DNA of 63,969 nt, counting the filler, from Octopus bimaculoides (Eukaryota), in NCBI RefSeq assembly GCF_001194135.2. It is 7 parts of 7 records of this genome, joined end to end, with 100 filler letters (N's around TTAATTAATTAA, not from the genome) between each part and the next. Parts side by side here need not be neighbours in the genome. Positions count along the whole stretch, not along the records: positions 9,589 to 38,737 come from NC_068982.1; positions 38,838 to 45,019 come from NC_068994.1; positions 45,120 to 54,491 come from NC_068983.1; 4 more parts are not named here. One strand, written 5' to 3'. Each line of letters starts with the position of its first letter. The stretch's first letter is position 1. Shown piece by piece: positions 34,585 to 46,900 of this stretch. Below the pieces are notes generated by a model. The model was not told the origin of the DNA. It was given only the letters and a program-made list of their open reading frames with translations, and ran no database searches. The position numbers and the translations under genes are program-made.

Positions 34585-35614
34585 CCCCTTTATGATTTTA
34601 TGGGATAAGCACCAGTTTAAAGCAGATGCTAACAGAAGACAAGAGCAATTTTTCCGACTTCTTCGGATGGTGGAGTCTAATGTCTACGGCCTTGTCCCTT
34701 TCTTCACTGTGCAGCATTTGAAAAAAGAAACAAAACAAAAGAGAAACAAATAGACACAATTCAAAAACCTTAATTCACAATTAATACTCATTAGAACAGG
34801 TTATTCAACAAGTTTATTAAAGATTAATTATGAATGGAGAATGATGAAGGGAGAAAGGGACATCTAGTGAAGGGAAATGATGGGGATAAAGAAAGGCATT
34901 GTGGTGAAGAGGTTAAGATAGAATCTGTAGCACCAAATATTAGTGACAATCTTCTAATTACAGGTAAGTAGTCGATTAAAGATAAGGTGAATAGTTGATT
35001 AAAGATTAATGAATGGGATAAGGAGATATAAAATAATTTTTCATTTAAGAAAGAAAATATAGTTAAATAGGTTTTAACATTCAAAAGGCACATTTGCATT
35101 GAAACACACACATGTAAGTATGTACATATTTATATACGTGTGTGTGTGTGTATAGACACACACGTACACACACAGACTGATGTACATTATAAATACTTTT
35201 TTTTCACAAATTCAAGCTGACATGTATACGTGCATACATATACAAATATATATATACATACACATTATACACACATACAGACACACACACATAGAGAGAT
35301 AAACACAAAATAGATTCACAGTTACACTCTGATTGTGAATATTCTTTTGAAATGAAACTGAAAAACTTCACAACTGTTACTTTGAGTTTCAATGCAGCTG
35401 ATCATCAGACCATTATGCCATTTGGAACCATAAAAAGAACAAAAAACAACAACATTCTATTGTACTAAAACTTCCCTTCTTTCTGATGGTTGGTTACATA
35501 AAACTTAGAGTAAAATTTTGAAGATTTTCAGCTTCAACAAAACATGATATATAGACACACACACATATTTGTGTACAATTTCCTCCATCTTATTTTGTAC
35601 AACTCCCTTTAGAG

Positions 35615-35789
35615 CAGCGGTTCTCAACTGCGGCTCCCAGGCCTGTATGCGGCCCTCAAAGACCTTCTCTTTATAAACATAATAAACTTTTCTTTAATTG
35701 ACTTGTGCTTTACTCTTTTTGGGTGCAGCTCCCTAAAAAAATCCAAGTTTTTGATCTGACCTGGATATTAAAAAAGCTGAAACCCACTG
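35615..35789. mobile_element. hAT-type MITE
   Basis: cagcggttctcaac / gctgaaacccactg ends; flanks ctttagag / ctccagac. Confidence 0.6.
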
Positions 35790-36059
35790 CTCCAGACAAC
35801 TTGTCTGCCTGATCTATTTTGTCTCTTTCATGGTCCCATCCCACTCCTTTCGCCCTTACAGCCCAGTAAACAATCTACCCCTGTACCCTTACCACCATCC
35901 TTTCTTTTCTCCCTCCCCTTTCAATACTCCTTCAGTGACTACTCTGTTACTCTAACTACTACCCTCTCACTATAAATCTATTCCTTTCATATTTAACTTC
36001 TCTCTTCACCTTACCTAAAATTCTCCCCCCCCCTCTCTCTCTCTCTTTCGCCTTTGGTT

Positions 36060-36250
36060 ATGTTATACTGCATGGTGAGTGTTGGTGCCATGAAAGAAAA
36101 GCACCTGGTATGTTCTGTAAAGTGGTTGGCATGAGGAAGTGCATCTAGTCATTGAAACTATTCCAAAGCGGACATTGGAACAAGGCAAGGTCATCTGACT
36201 TGTTAGATCCTATTGAACCATCCAACCCATGCCAGCATGGAGAGTGATGT
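36060..36250 (+). mobile_element. Old V-domain-like element
   Basis: aaagcacctgg...gtaaagtggttggcatgaggaagtgcatc...ccatccaacccatgccagcatgg. Confidence 0.65.
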
Positions 36251-36264
36251 TAACACACACTTAC

Positions 36265-36412
36265 ATCATCATCATCATCATCGTTTAACGTCCGCTTTCC
36301 ATGCTAGCATGGGTTGGATGATTTGACTGAGGACTGGCAAACCAGGAGGCTGCACCAGGCTCCAATCTGATCTGGCAGAGTTTCTACAGCTGGATGCCCT
36401 TCCTAATGCCAA
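36265..36412 (-). mobile_element. Young SINE family C, 5'-truncated
   Basis: catcatcgtttaacgtccgctttccatgctagcatgggttggatg...ggatgcccttcctaatgccaac. Confidence 0.85.
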
Positions 36413-38324
36413 CATATATAAATATATATATTTATATGGGGTCACGGTACTAAGCAGTGATGTGTATAAATACAAGCCTGTTGCCAGTTCAAATATGCTT
36501 GAGGCATATTTGAACCCGCAAGAAAGCCATTCACTGTATTTTGTAATGGAGAGCATTTCTTACTGTAGACAGATAGGTGGAAATAGTCAAAGTCAGTTCA
36601 CAGCATTCTCTAACCAGACTTGTAGATGCATGCATTTCAGAGTGGTTATTTCCTCTTCAGCAACAGAGACCAGAAAGACACACTATGAGCTGACCTGAGA
36701 CACAGGTCCAGCTTATGATATTATCATTGCCCTTCAATGACTGGTGGCACAATTCAGTGGCTCACCATAAACTAAAATGCAGGCTGACACATGCTAAGCA
36801 GTGATGGTGTATAAATATATTTTATATATTTGTGAATTTAGAGTTAACGTTTTGCATGTATTGTCCCTCAGAGATATTATGGAGTCACTGCAATGAAAAA
36901 CTATAACTGAAATGAGCTTTGGCACTTAACGTCAGCTGTATATAAATGCAGAACTTTAACTGTACTGTGGCTAAGCTTAGACCAACAGGAGATATTCCTC
37001 TAATTATTGTCATCCCTAAGCAAACCCAGACATTTCTGAGTAGTTTAAAATTACCTATCCCAGCAAGAACCAAGCCTGCAAAGGTCATGGTGGGAGTGGA
37101 TGACAACCAGGTCCTTTAGAAATAACTAAGACATGAAGTCTCATATGTCTGCAAGTACTGAACATTTTGACGCTGTCTCTTGTAAAGTTTTAGAACTGAG
37201 AGAGCTCCTAAAATTCTTAAGAATGTCATCAATGGCTCCAACTGCAGAGGATTGCATTTGATTCCTCTGAAATTCCTGTGGCCATTCTAAGCAAGAGATT
37301 GGTGCTTGAAGGTTACAAGCCACAGACATATGATGCCTTCATTTCATCAAAGTTGATCTTAACAACATCAACATGACTGAATATTAGAACATTGTTCTTA
37401 AGTTCTGAAGCCATGGATCGCTAAACATTAGAATTCCAATTAGAGTCTGTTTGTCCAAGACTCTGCAACAGTTACAACATTTTGACCACTAATCTCTCTG
37501 ACCTTCTGTGTTTCATACTGGACCTTCTATTACTATACAGAGCTAAACTGTTCTCATCTCATTTTTCCAAACCAAACCATATTCTTATACTTTTGTATTC
37601 ATTTTCCTCCTATTTGTGATGTTGCTTTCACATTCTACTTGAACTATATTATATACAGATGCACACATAAACACACACACATATATATATATATATAAAT
37701 AATAATAAAGGAGTTACAACGCAAAAACATATAAATTCAAATGAACATATTTATCTTCTTCAATATATATTTCAGTATAAAGAATTCATTAAGAGACTTA
37801 TATCAAAATTTCTTTACACATCATTCAGGAATAAATAAATATAACATCAGAAAAAATACATTCCGTTTAAAAACACAAACCGTTCATGGCGAAAAAATTT
37901 CACAATTACAAAAACCGAACAAAATTTTTAAAGTTTTAGCAAAAACTGTGCCACCAGTCATTGAAGGGCACTGTGTCTCAGGTCAGCTCGTAGTGTGTCT
38001 TTCTGGTTAGATGGTGGGAGTGAATGACAACCAGGTCCTTAAAAATAACTAAGACATGAAGTCTCATATGTCTGCAAGTACTGAACATTTCGATGCTGTC
38101 TCTTGTAAAGTTTTAGAACTGAGAGCTCCTAAAATTCTTAACAATGTCATCAATGGCTCCGTGTGTGTATATATATGTGTGTGGGTAATGTTTTGTATGT
38201 GTGTATATATGTATGTGTATATGTGTGTATATATATGTATGTATGTGTGTGTGTATGTGTATACATATGTATGTATGTGTATATGTATATGTATGTAATA
38301 TGTACATATATGTATGTTTATGTA

Positions 38325-38365
<41 letters not shown>

Positions 38366-38376
38366 CAAAAAAATAT

Positions 38377-38415
<39 letters not shown>

Positions 38416-39074
38416 AATAATAATAATTATAATAATGATGATTGTGATGATGGTGATAAGTAAACAAATAAAAAAAAAATCAAGGCTTTGAATTTGTGGT
38501 GAATATGTATGAAATGATATTATAATTGACTTCTCAACAGATTGGATTAAAACAGTGTGTATATATATGTGTGTATATGTGTGTGTGTGTGTGTTTATAT
38601 ATATAGGCGTGGCTGTGTGGTAAGAAGCTTGCAAGCTTCTTACCACTCAGCCACTCCTGTGCCATCTTAACATTCTGAGTTCAAATTCTGCTGAGGCTGA
38701 CTTTGCCTGTCATCCTATTGCAGTCAATAAAATAAGCNNNNNNNNNNNNNNNNNNNNNNNNNNNNNNNNNNNNNNNNNNNNTTAATTAATTAANNNNNNN
38801 NNNNNNNNNNNNNNNNNNNNNNNNNNNNNNNNNNNNNGTGAATTGAATAGGATATAAACATTGCAGTTTGCCTTAAAAAGCTCGTCGAAAGTTTTCAGCT
38901 AACAAATGCTATCTATCATGCAGTTTGGATGATATATCACTGGATATACATCTGCAATTCCGTGATATCATTAGAATATGTATACAAGAAATAGAAAATG
39001 GATTGAGTAAAACGTAGATTCACTAGCAGAATCAAAGCTGACGCATTATATACTATGTATATTAACAAATCATG

Positions 39075-39076
39075 TG

Positions 39077-39156
<80 letters not shown>

Positions 39157-39160
39157 CATT
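39075..39160. repeat. (ATT)n microsatellite
   Basis: Direct. Confidence 0.95.
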
Positions 39161-39445
39161 CAATCGAAACTGGCAGCTTATGTTGCTAGGTATTAAGGTA
39201 AGTATCAGCTGCCCACAGCCAGCAGATTAATGTGACATTTGTTTACCGATCATGCTTCAACTGCGTAGAATTCTGGCAGTTCCAAGCAACGCTGATTTTT
39301 GCATTTCCACCATTCTTTTTCAGCCATGTTGTTAGTTGAGTGCTTATACTTTCAAGTGCACGAATTACTATTGGTACCACGTCTACCTTCCTCATTGGCC
39401 AGAACCTTCGTATTTCCCACTTCAAATCGTCATAGTTGTTCACTT
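39160..39445 (-). mobile_element. Dong/R4-clade LINE 3' fragment
   Basis: YDDLKWEIRRFWPMRKVDVVPIVIRALESIS resembles the KYxDLxxEIxRxW...VxPxVIGALG RLE motif. Confidence 0.75.
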
Positions 39446-39465
39446 TTACTTCTTTTCTATTATTA

Positions 39466-39497
<32 letters not shown>

Positions 39498-39811
39498 GAG
39501 TGAGAGAGCAGTTTATGCCATCAATGTGACGCTGGAGTAAACTATATGAAGCCCATTATACCCATCATGACTATCCGTATGATAAGGGTACACCTGGCAC
39601 ATGCATCACAGCTATGTGTGCGCGACATGGTGATTTCATATCAAAATAAACGGCGCCTGATCTTGTAGGTGGGGCCCACTTAAAAATTTCTTCAGGTCGA
39701 GTAGCCCATCCTGCTCAAAGAGTCCCTGAATAAGCGTTGTTTAAGGAAGATCAAAGAAACACCCATGTTCCCAGGGTAAATTATCCAAACGCATGTATAT
39801 TTTCCTGCATA

Positions 39812-39852
<41 letters not shown>

Positions 39853-40081
39853 NNNNNNNNNNNNNNNNNNNNNNNNNNNNNNNNNNNNNNNNNNNNNNNN
39901 NNNNNNNNNNNNNNNNNNNNNNNNNNNNNNNNNNNNNNNNNNNNNNNNNNNNNNNNNNNNNNNNNNNNNNNNNNNNNNNNNNNNNNNNNNNNNNNNNNNN
40001 NNNNNNNNNNNNNNNNNNNNNNNNNNNNNNNNNNNNNNNNNNNNNNNNNNNNNNNNNNNNNNNNNNNNNNNNNNNNNNNNN

Positions 40082-40133
<52 letters not shown>

Positions 40134-40649
40134 ATGCATATATGAATGTGCAGCATATGTATTTCTTTCCAACGCTGTAACGACCCTATCAATATGCCAC
40201 CAATAGTAACCCTACAGAATTATGTAGTGACAATTACAGAGTATATGCCAAGTGACTAAATTATACAGGTTACTGTTCACCTGATCCAGCTAGAGCACGA
40301 GGAGGCTTGGATAGAAGACTGGGGACATCATCTTAAAATGATACATAGTCTGATGAAAGTAACGGGAAATAAAGCTGTTGATCAGGGGCCATTTTGAGAT
40401 CGAGGATCAAATCAGAATGATTGCAATCGAATAAGCTCTCCAAAAGATCCCAGGAATCCGAGAGCAATAGATTATATATGCAATCCTAGATTAATGCAAT
40501 ACACTTTAAAGGCTTCAGTGCAGTTACAATGCACCGAATTTAGTTGGCAAAACCTGGATCAGCACAAGTCCATGACAGAATACGCTCCCAATGTGGCACG
40601 CAGTAGAATGAAATCTAGAAGCCATACAGTCAAAGTTCTATTTTATTTT

Positions 40650-41110
40650 CGCACAAGGCCAGGAATTTGGAGGGGATTACATCGGACATCAGTAGTTGCA
40701 ACTGTTACATTATTTTATCGACTTCGAAAGGATGAAAAGCTGCTAAGTCCGGCAAGATCGTCATTGTCAGCTCACCGCCTTGTACAAAAAATATTGGTTT
40801 CAAATTTTGTCACAAGGCCAGCAATTTCGGTGGAATTTCAGTTAAGAACGTGAAGACGGATTGAAGACCGCGGTTCTGACAGCTAGTATTGGTTTCAAAT
40901 TTTTGCAGAAGGCCAGTAATTTCAGAGGGGAGAGGGAAGTCCATTAACATTGACCCCAGTGTTTAACTGGTACTTTTTTTTATTAACCTTGTAAGGATGC
41001 AAAGTTTATCTCGGCGGCTTTTGAACTCAACGTGAAAATGGAGGAAAAGCCGCTGAGCATTTTGCTGTTTTTGTCCCACGTGCTAACAGTTCTGCCAGCT
41101 CACCGCCTTA
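40650..41110 (-). mobile_element. Array of about three degraded family A SINEs
   Basis: Repeated ttggtttcaaattttg...aggccagcaatttc and gaaggatg(c)aaa...gaactc motifs. Confidence 0.65.
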
Positions 41111-41463
41111 TACAACTAATACTAATAAGAAAAGAATAACTAAGAAGCAAAAGAGAAACACTAACAGCTTATAACAATGTCTATATTTCATTTTATTACA
41201 AACAGAATCATGACATCAACCGTCAAAGTGTTTAATATTCAGAGAAAACAACTGAGAAATACAGAGGTAAACAGTGGTTCTCATTGCATCTCTTTTTAAA
41301 AGAAAATTTTAATATCAACAACCGACAAGAAATGTTTCCATCGAAAAACTAAGAGTCGGACATTCTTAAAAGTTTATGATATAATGGAATTTGCAGAGTT
41401 ATGACTCTACAAACGACATTATAGACTCTGCATTAAAATAAGTGTGCAAGTGAATGTTTGTGT

Positions 41464-41526
<63 letters not shown>

Positions 41527-41949
41527 NNNNNNNNNNNNNNNNNNNNNNNNNNNNNNNNNNNNNNNNNNNNNNNNNNNNNNNNNNNNNNNNNNNNNNNNNN
41601 NNNNNNNNNNNNNNNNNNNNNNNNNNNNNNNNNNNNNNNNNNNNNNNNNNNNNNNNNNNNNNNNNNNNNNNNNNNNNNNNNNNNNNNNNNNNNNNNNNNN
41701 NNNNNNNNNNNNNNNNNNNNNNNNNNNNNNNNNNNNNNNNNNNNNNNNNNNNNNNNNNNNNNNNNNNNNNNNNNNNNNNNNNNNNNNNNNNNNNNNNNNN
41801 TATATATGAATTATAGTTTTAGAACTTAAATATCCATATATATACTCCCACAAATGCATATATGCGCACATATACTCGCTCAAACGCAAACATTGTTGTA
41901 TTCATCGAATACGAAGAAACAGATCAAATGTTTAATGCAGCCTTATGTT

Positions 41950-42420
41950 CGATCGAGTGATTGGCCCATTTTTTTCTTTACAAAAGAAACGATTACTTCC
42001 AACACTTATCTTGATCTTTTATACGAATTCGTTGTACTGCAGTTCCACCAATCCCAACCAACAAATATTGTTCAACAATACGGTGCACCGCCCCAAACAG
42101 TTTGAGTGTTCGAGAGATTCTTAGTGAAACCTTTCCTAAACTGGTGGATTGGAAAAGGCCGTCCTGCTCCTTGGCTACCTAGGTAACCAGATATTACACC
42201 TCTAGACTTCTTCTTATGGACTGCATTAAAGACAGAGTCTGTTGTACAAAGTTCAAAACGACAAGACATATCCAACATTGATGAAGGCACATGGTCAGAA
42301 AATGGGCATCGAATACATGCGTTGTGTGCAACCAATGGAGTCTACTTGGAAGCCAGCTGATGTTTCCCATATACTTTGCCAAGTCATCGTTATTTTTCAT
42401 TTCTATGGACACCCTAAATT
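41950..42420 (+). mobile_element. Tc1/mariner-superfamily transposase 3' fragment
   Basis: IVQQYGAPP, WWIGKGRPAPWLPR, PDITPLDFFLW; ends tatggacaccct (TIR type of 13459). Confidence 0.85.
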
Positions 42421-42484
42421 ACATCAGACATAATAAAAATCCTTGAGAGCTTCAGATACGTCTGTAGTCATAATTGTCTAAACG

Positions 42485-42574
42485 TCAGGTCAACCGAGAT
42501 CAGTGAATCACATATTCAAAGGTGTTTCAGGTCAACCGAGATCAGTGAATCACATATTCAAAGGTGTTTCAGGT
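42485..42574. repeat. Perfect 42-bp tandem duplication
   Basis: tcaggtcaaccgagatcagtgaatcacatattcaaaggtgtt x2 plus tcaggt. Confidence 0.95.
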
Positions 42575-44828
42575 ATTACCATCCCGTCTGTTATTTTCTT
42601 CTTTTTTTTTTTTTTTCCTAAACAGAAATATCTAGAACTGTAACATTACGTCCTTTCTTTAAAACGTAAACGTGCGATAAGAAAGCGATATAACTGCTAT
42701 TTCTAACCGGCAGAGGTGCTATGGAGAGTACCTCCTTTGTTGAATCACTTCAGATATATTTCATGTAACATGTGACGAGATGATCTTTCTATGTATGTCT
42801 GGTTTTTATGCGGGAAAATTTAATCTATTAATTACTATTATATAGTCCGTGTTATTTTTTTTTTTCATTTTTCTTTCTCTAGTTAATTGCCTCTGATTCT
42901 TCCGGACCAGTAATCTCTTTTATTAGTCTTATTGATTGCTATACCATAACTATTATCTTATTGATTCTGAATTCCTGTGATCTACAATATTGTCTATCGT
43001 TGAAAATTGCATCGTTCGTCAGTCTAAATAAGTCATTAGTGTTGTTGTTGTTGCAATGGGGAGGATGATAGCGGTCGTGGTGGTGGTGTTCGTCATTTAA
43101 CCCCAGTTGAGATTTGATGAAATAGACCTGTGATAAAAACAAATGAAAGAACATACCGTTTTAGTCATGGCTATTCTGACTTTGTAGAGGTTATAACAAG
43201 GAGAACGTTTTCCAATGTGCCATCTCACTTCCTAATTCAAAAGAATCTTATCTGAGGGAGATTTGGTTGCTATCTCTAAAATTCGAGCAAACAATTCATG
43301 TGCACGATATTACATTGACGACAGGAAAGAGAAATACAAAAAATACAATCGATACACATTAGTCAATAAATAAGCTAGTGTATGGATAAACACACACACA
43401 CACACATAGATATATATNNNNNNNNNNNNNNNNNNNNNNNNNNNNNNNNNNNNNNNNNNNNNNNNNNNNNNNNNNNNNNNNNNNNNNNNNNNNNNNNNNN
43501 NNNNNNNNNNNNNNNNNNNNNNNNNNNNNNNNNNNNNNNNNNNNNNNNNNNNNNNNNNNNNNNNNNNNNNNNNNNNNNNNNNNNNNNNNNNNNNNNNNNN
43601 NNNNNNNNNNNNNNNNNNNNNNNNNNNNNNNNNNNNNNNNNNNNNNNNNNNNNNNNNNNNNNNNNNNNNNNNNNNNNNNNNNNNNNNNNNNNNNNNNNNN
43701 NNNNNNNNNNNNNNNNNNNNNNNNNNNNNNNNNNNNNNNNNNNNNNNNNNNNNNNNNNNNNNNNNNNNNNNNNNNNNNNNNNNNNNNNNNNNNNNNNNNN
43801 NNNNNNNNNNNNNNNNNNNNNNNNNNNNNNNNNNNNNNNNNNNNNNNNNNNNNNNNNNNNNNNNNNNNNNNNNNNNNNNNNNNNNNNNNNNNNNNNNNNN
43901 NNNNNNNNNNNNNNNNNNNNNNNNNNNNNNNNNNNNNNNNNNNNNNNNNNNNNNNNNNNNNNNNNNNNNNNNNNNNNNNNNNNNNNNNNNNNNNNNNNNN
44001 NNNNNNNNNNNNNNNNNNNNNNNNNNNNNNNNNNNNNNNNNNNNNNNNNNNNNNNNNNNNNNNNNNNNNNNNNNNNNNNNNNNNNNNNNNNNNNNNNNNN
44101 NNNNNNNNNNNNNNNNNNNNNNNNNNNNNNNNNNCATGTAATGGCAGGCGTGTTTTTCTCGGAATATTCTTTTCCTTCTCTCCAGACTTTTTCCTCTTAC
44201 ATGTCTCTGACAAAGAGCCATGCTCGAAACTTCAATCCCACCTCCATCCTTTTTCCAACTTAAACTTTCTCAAAGCGTCAGTCTAATATATTCACTGTAC
44301 ACGTTCTTCACTGCAGGAAGAAGAATCGTTGGTCCTCTTCTACAGAGGGGGAGGGATAGAAAAGGAGTTAGAAAAATATCCTAAGGGAGCTGCCATGGCC
44401 TGCATGCGGGATCCCGAATGGCCTCCGCAGATAGCTGTGGAGGTCATAACGTTGGTCGCATCGCATGACCTATATGATATCGGAAAACTGTTTTACGTGT
44501 TGCCGGGCGACGCCGACACGCCACTCGAGGAGTATCTAGAGAGGGCGTGAAATTTGGCGGAAATCAGATACACAAGTGATGAGGAGGAATATACATGGAA
44601 TCGAAATAGCTTCAGTGATATATATAATGAACACATATGAACATTTGTAAGAGGCGGTTGCCTCATATAAGAGAACAATGTTTTCGGGGATCAAGCGATC
44701 GGCGGTCGTCACTTCCACCCCACCCCCACCCCATTTATTCATTATGATCATTTTTGATTACACATACCATTATGCCCGCAGCTTCCTTTCTGCTATGTAA
44801 GGCCGTCATGGCCAATAAAATGAAATAA

Positions 44829-44973
44829 AGTAGCTTGCTTACCAACCATATGGTTCTGGGTTCAGTCCCACTGCGTGGCATGTTGGGCAAGTGTCTTCTA
44901 CTCGGGCCGACCAGAGCCTTTTGAGTGAATTTTGTAGACGGAAACTGAAAGAAGCCCGTCGTATATATGTATG

Positions 44974-45004
<31 letters not shown>

Positions 45005-45019
45005 ATATGTTTGTGTGTC
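44829..45019 (+). mobile_element. SINE family B
   Basis: agcttgcttaccaaccatatggttctgggttcagtccc...ttgggcaagtgtcttct...gacggaaactgaaagaagcccg. Confidence 0.88.
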
Positions 45020-45449
45020 NNNNNNNNNNNNNNNNNNNNNNNNNNNNNNNNNNNNNNNNNNNNTTAATTAATTAANNNNNNNNNNNNNNNNNNNNNNNNN
45101 NNNNNNNNNNNNNNNNNNNTATATATATATACGTTTATATATTCGTTTTGCAAGATTCGTGTGTTGATACAAATATTGTTGTATTTGGGGATGGTCATGT
45201 CGCCAGTGTCTTTATTTGCGCATGCGTATATCCGTGCGCGTCTATGTTTAGTAAGTGTGTGTGTGGAAATGTATATGGTATCTGCATTATCAGTATCCCC
45301 TGTTTATTCACGTTCGTTCAATTTACTTTCATTTATTTTATTCACTTGCTTTTATCTACATACTTTTTTCATTTCTTTCTTTTTTGTATTAAGTTAATTC
45401 AATTTAGATTAATTTATTTTGTTTATGTATATAATTATTTAATTCCATT

Positions 45450-46262
45450 TATTTTGTTTGTGTATATAATTATTTAATTCCATTTATTTATATGTGTATT
45501 GTATTAGTTTCATATTATTAGTTCATGGGGGAACTTATTGTCATTGGTTGTGGTGTGTAGTGGGATGTGCTAGTGTTCCATTCTAGTTTTCTATTTAGGA
45601 TAGGTTTATCTTCTATTATCTTCTATCGACTACATTCCTAGCTTTACAGTTTGTTTGTGGGCTAAACCTACATACAATACAGTTCTTATCATTACAGGGG
45701 GTTCTACTAAAAGGGTAGGTTCTACCGATTAGAGATTTGATAGGGTTACCTAGCCTTTCTACAACCTTGATTCTTAGCTTAAGCTTTTCTAGGGCCCATC
45801 TAAAGCGGTACGCCAGTTCGCCTCTAGGGATGGTGTCGACGAACATGACACTCTGGTATTTGTGGCTATCATACCATGAGTTGGCCTTCCTTATTTTCTT
45901 CTTAGTCCTTTCAATGGTATTCCATGACTTGCTCCTATAGAGTGGGCAAATCCCATTCCTATCGTTACGTATGATAGTTTCAAATTTCCTCTTGACTCTT
46001 TTATATACTCTGATCCTTTCTCTATGGCTGTATCCTGAGAACTGCACGCGGAGATTGAAGTGTTGTATGTGTCTCTTTAACTCTGTAGGGTCGCACATGC
46101 AGGGCACATTTCTCATTGCTCTGATGAGATCTGCCATCAATATATTGCATTTGACATTGTCCGTGATAGCTGAGTTCCGGTGGATCAGGTATTTGGAGGC
46201 CATAGGTTTGGCATAGTGTGAATGGAGGATTTGGGTTTTATTATTCACAGATTCCAGCCAGA
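45450..46262 (-). mobile_element. Penelope-like element fragment (RT C-terminus, linker, start of the GIY-YIG region)
   Basis: HYAKPMASKYLIHRNSA, FSGYS, GICPLYRSKSW, SVMFVD, IKVVER, PFSRTPCNDKNCIVC...NCKARNVV; sub-clade not determined. Confidence 0.88.
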
Positions 46263-46569
46263 GTACTTGTAGTCTATGGTTAGGGTGTTTCGTAGGGTAG
46301 TCTATCGTTGCCAGCTGAGTGAACTGGAGCAACGTGAAATGAAGTGTCTTTCTTGCTTAAAGTTAGTTTTATAAAAATGTTTTTCAGATCAATTCTTGAT
46401 CACTATTTTCTAAACTTGAGTGTATCATTGAAAAACGGAGGGGAGTGTTGCTATCCATCGACCCTTTTGACCACTCTATTATCGCCTCATTTTTCTTCGA
46501 CGCCCATTGAATTTTGCCACTACCCTTAGGGCTACCATACCACCCACTTTAAGAACTACAACTTTAGAA

Positions 46570-46900
46570 GGTGATGGCTTGGCGGAATCGTTATTTCAAA
46601 TCTAGTCGAGATTAACTTTGTTTTTCATCATTCCATTGTCGATAAAATAGGTACCAGTCAAGTACTGTGGTTGATGTAATCGACTCTGCCTCACCTTCCC
46701 ACACCACTGCATCTAAATGTGTGGGCCTTATACTTATGTAAGTAATCGATAATTAGAATCGAAGGGAAGAAATTAGCAAAATTGTTAGAGCAAACTACCT
46801 TGAGTTATATCCTTTACGTTCCAAGTTCAAATCTCGCTGTGGTTAACTTTTGCATTTGCATTCTTCTGGGTCGTGAAAATAAGTATCAGTCAAGTACAGA
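46570..46900 (+). mobile_element. Two degraded family A SINEs
   Basis: ttcaaatctagtcgagattaactttg...gtcgataaaatagg and ttcaaatctcgctgtggttaactttt...aaaataagtatcagtcaagtac. Confidence 0.7.

Noticed and set aside
40185-40620. Hydrophobic minus-strand frames suggestive of a GPCR, or a TGTAAC LTR start
   Set aside because: Multiple stops, no diagnostic motif, no second LTR
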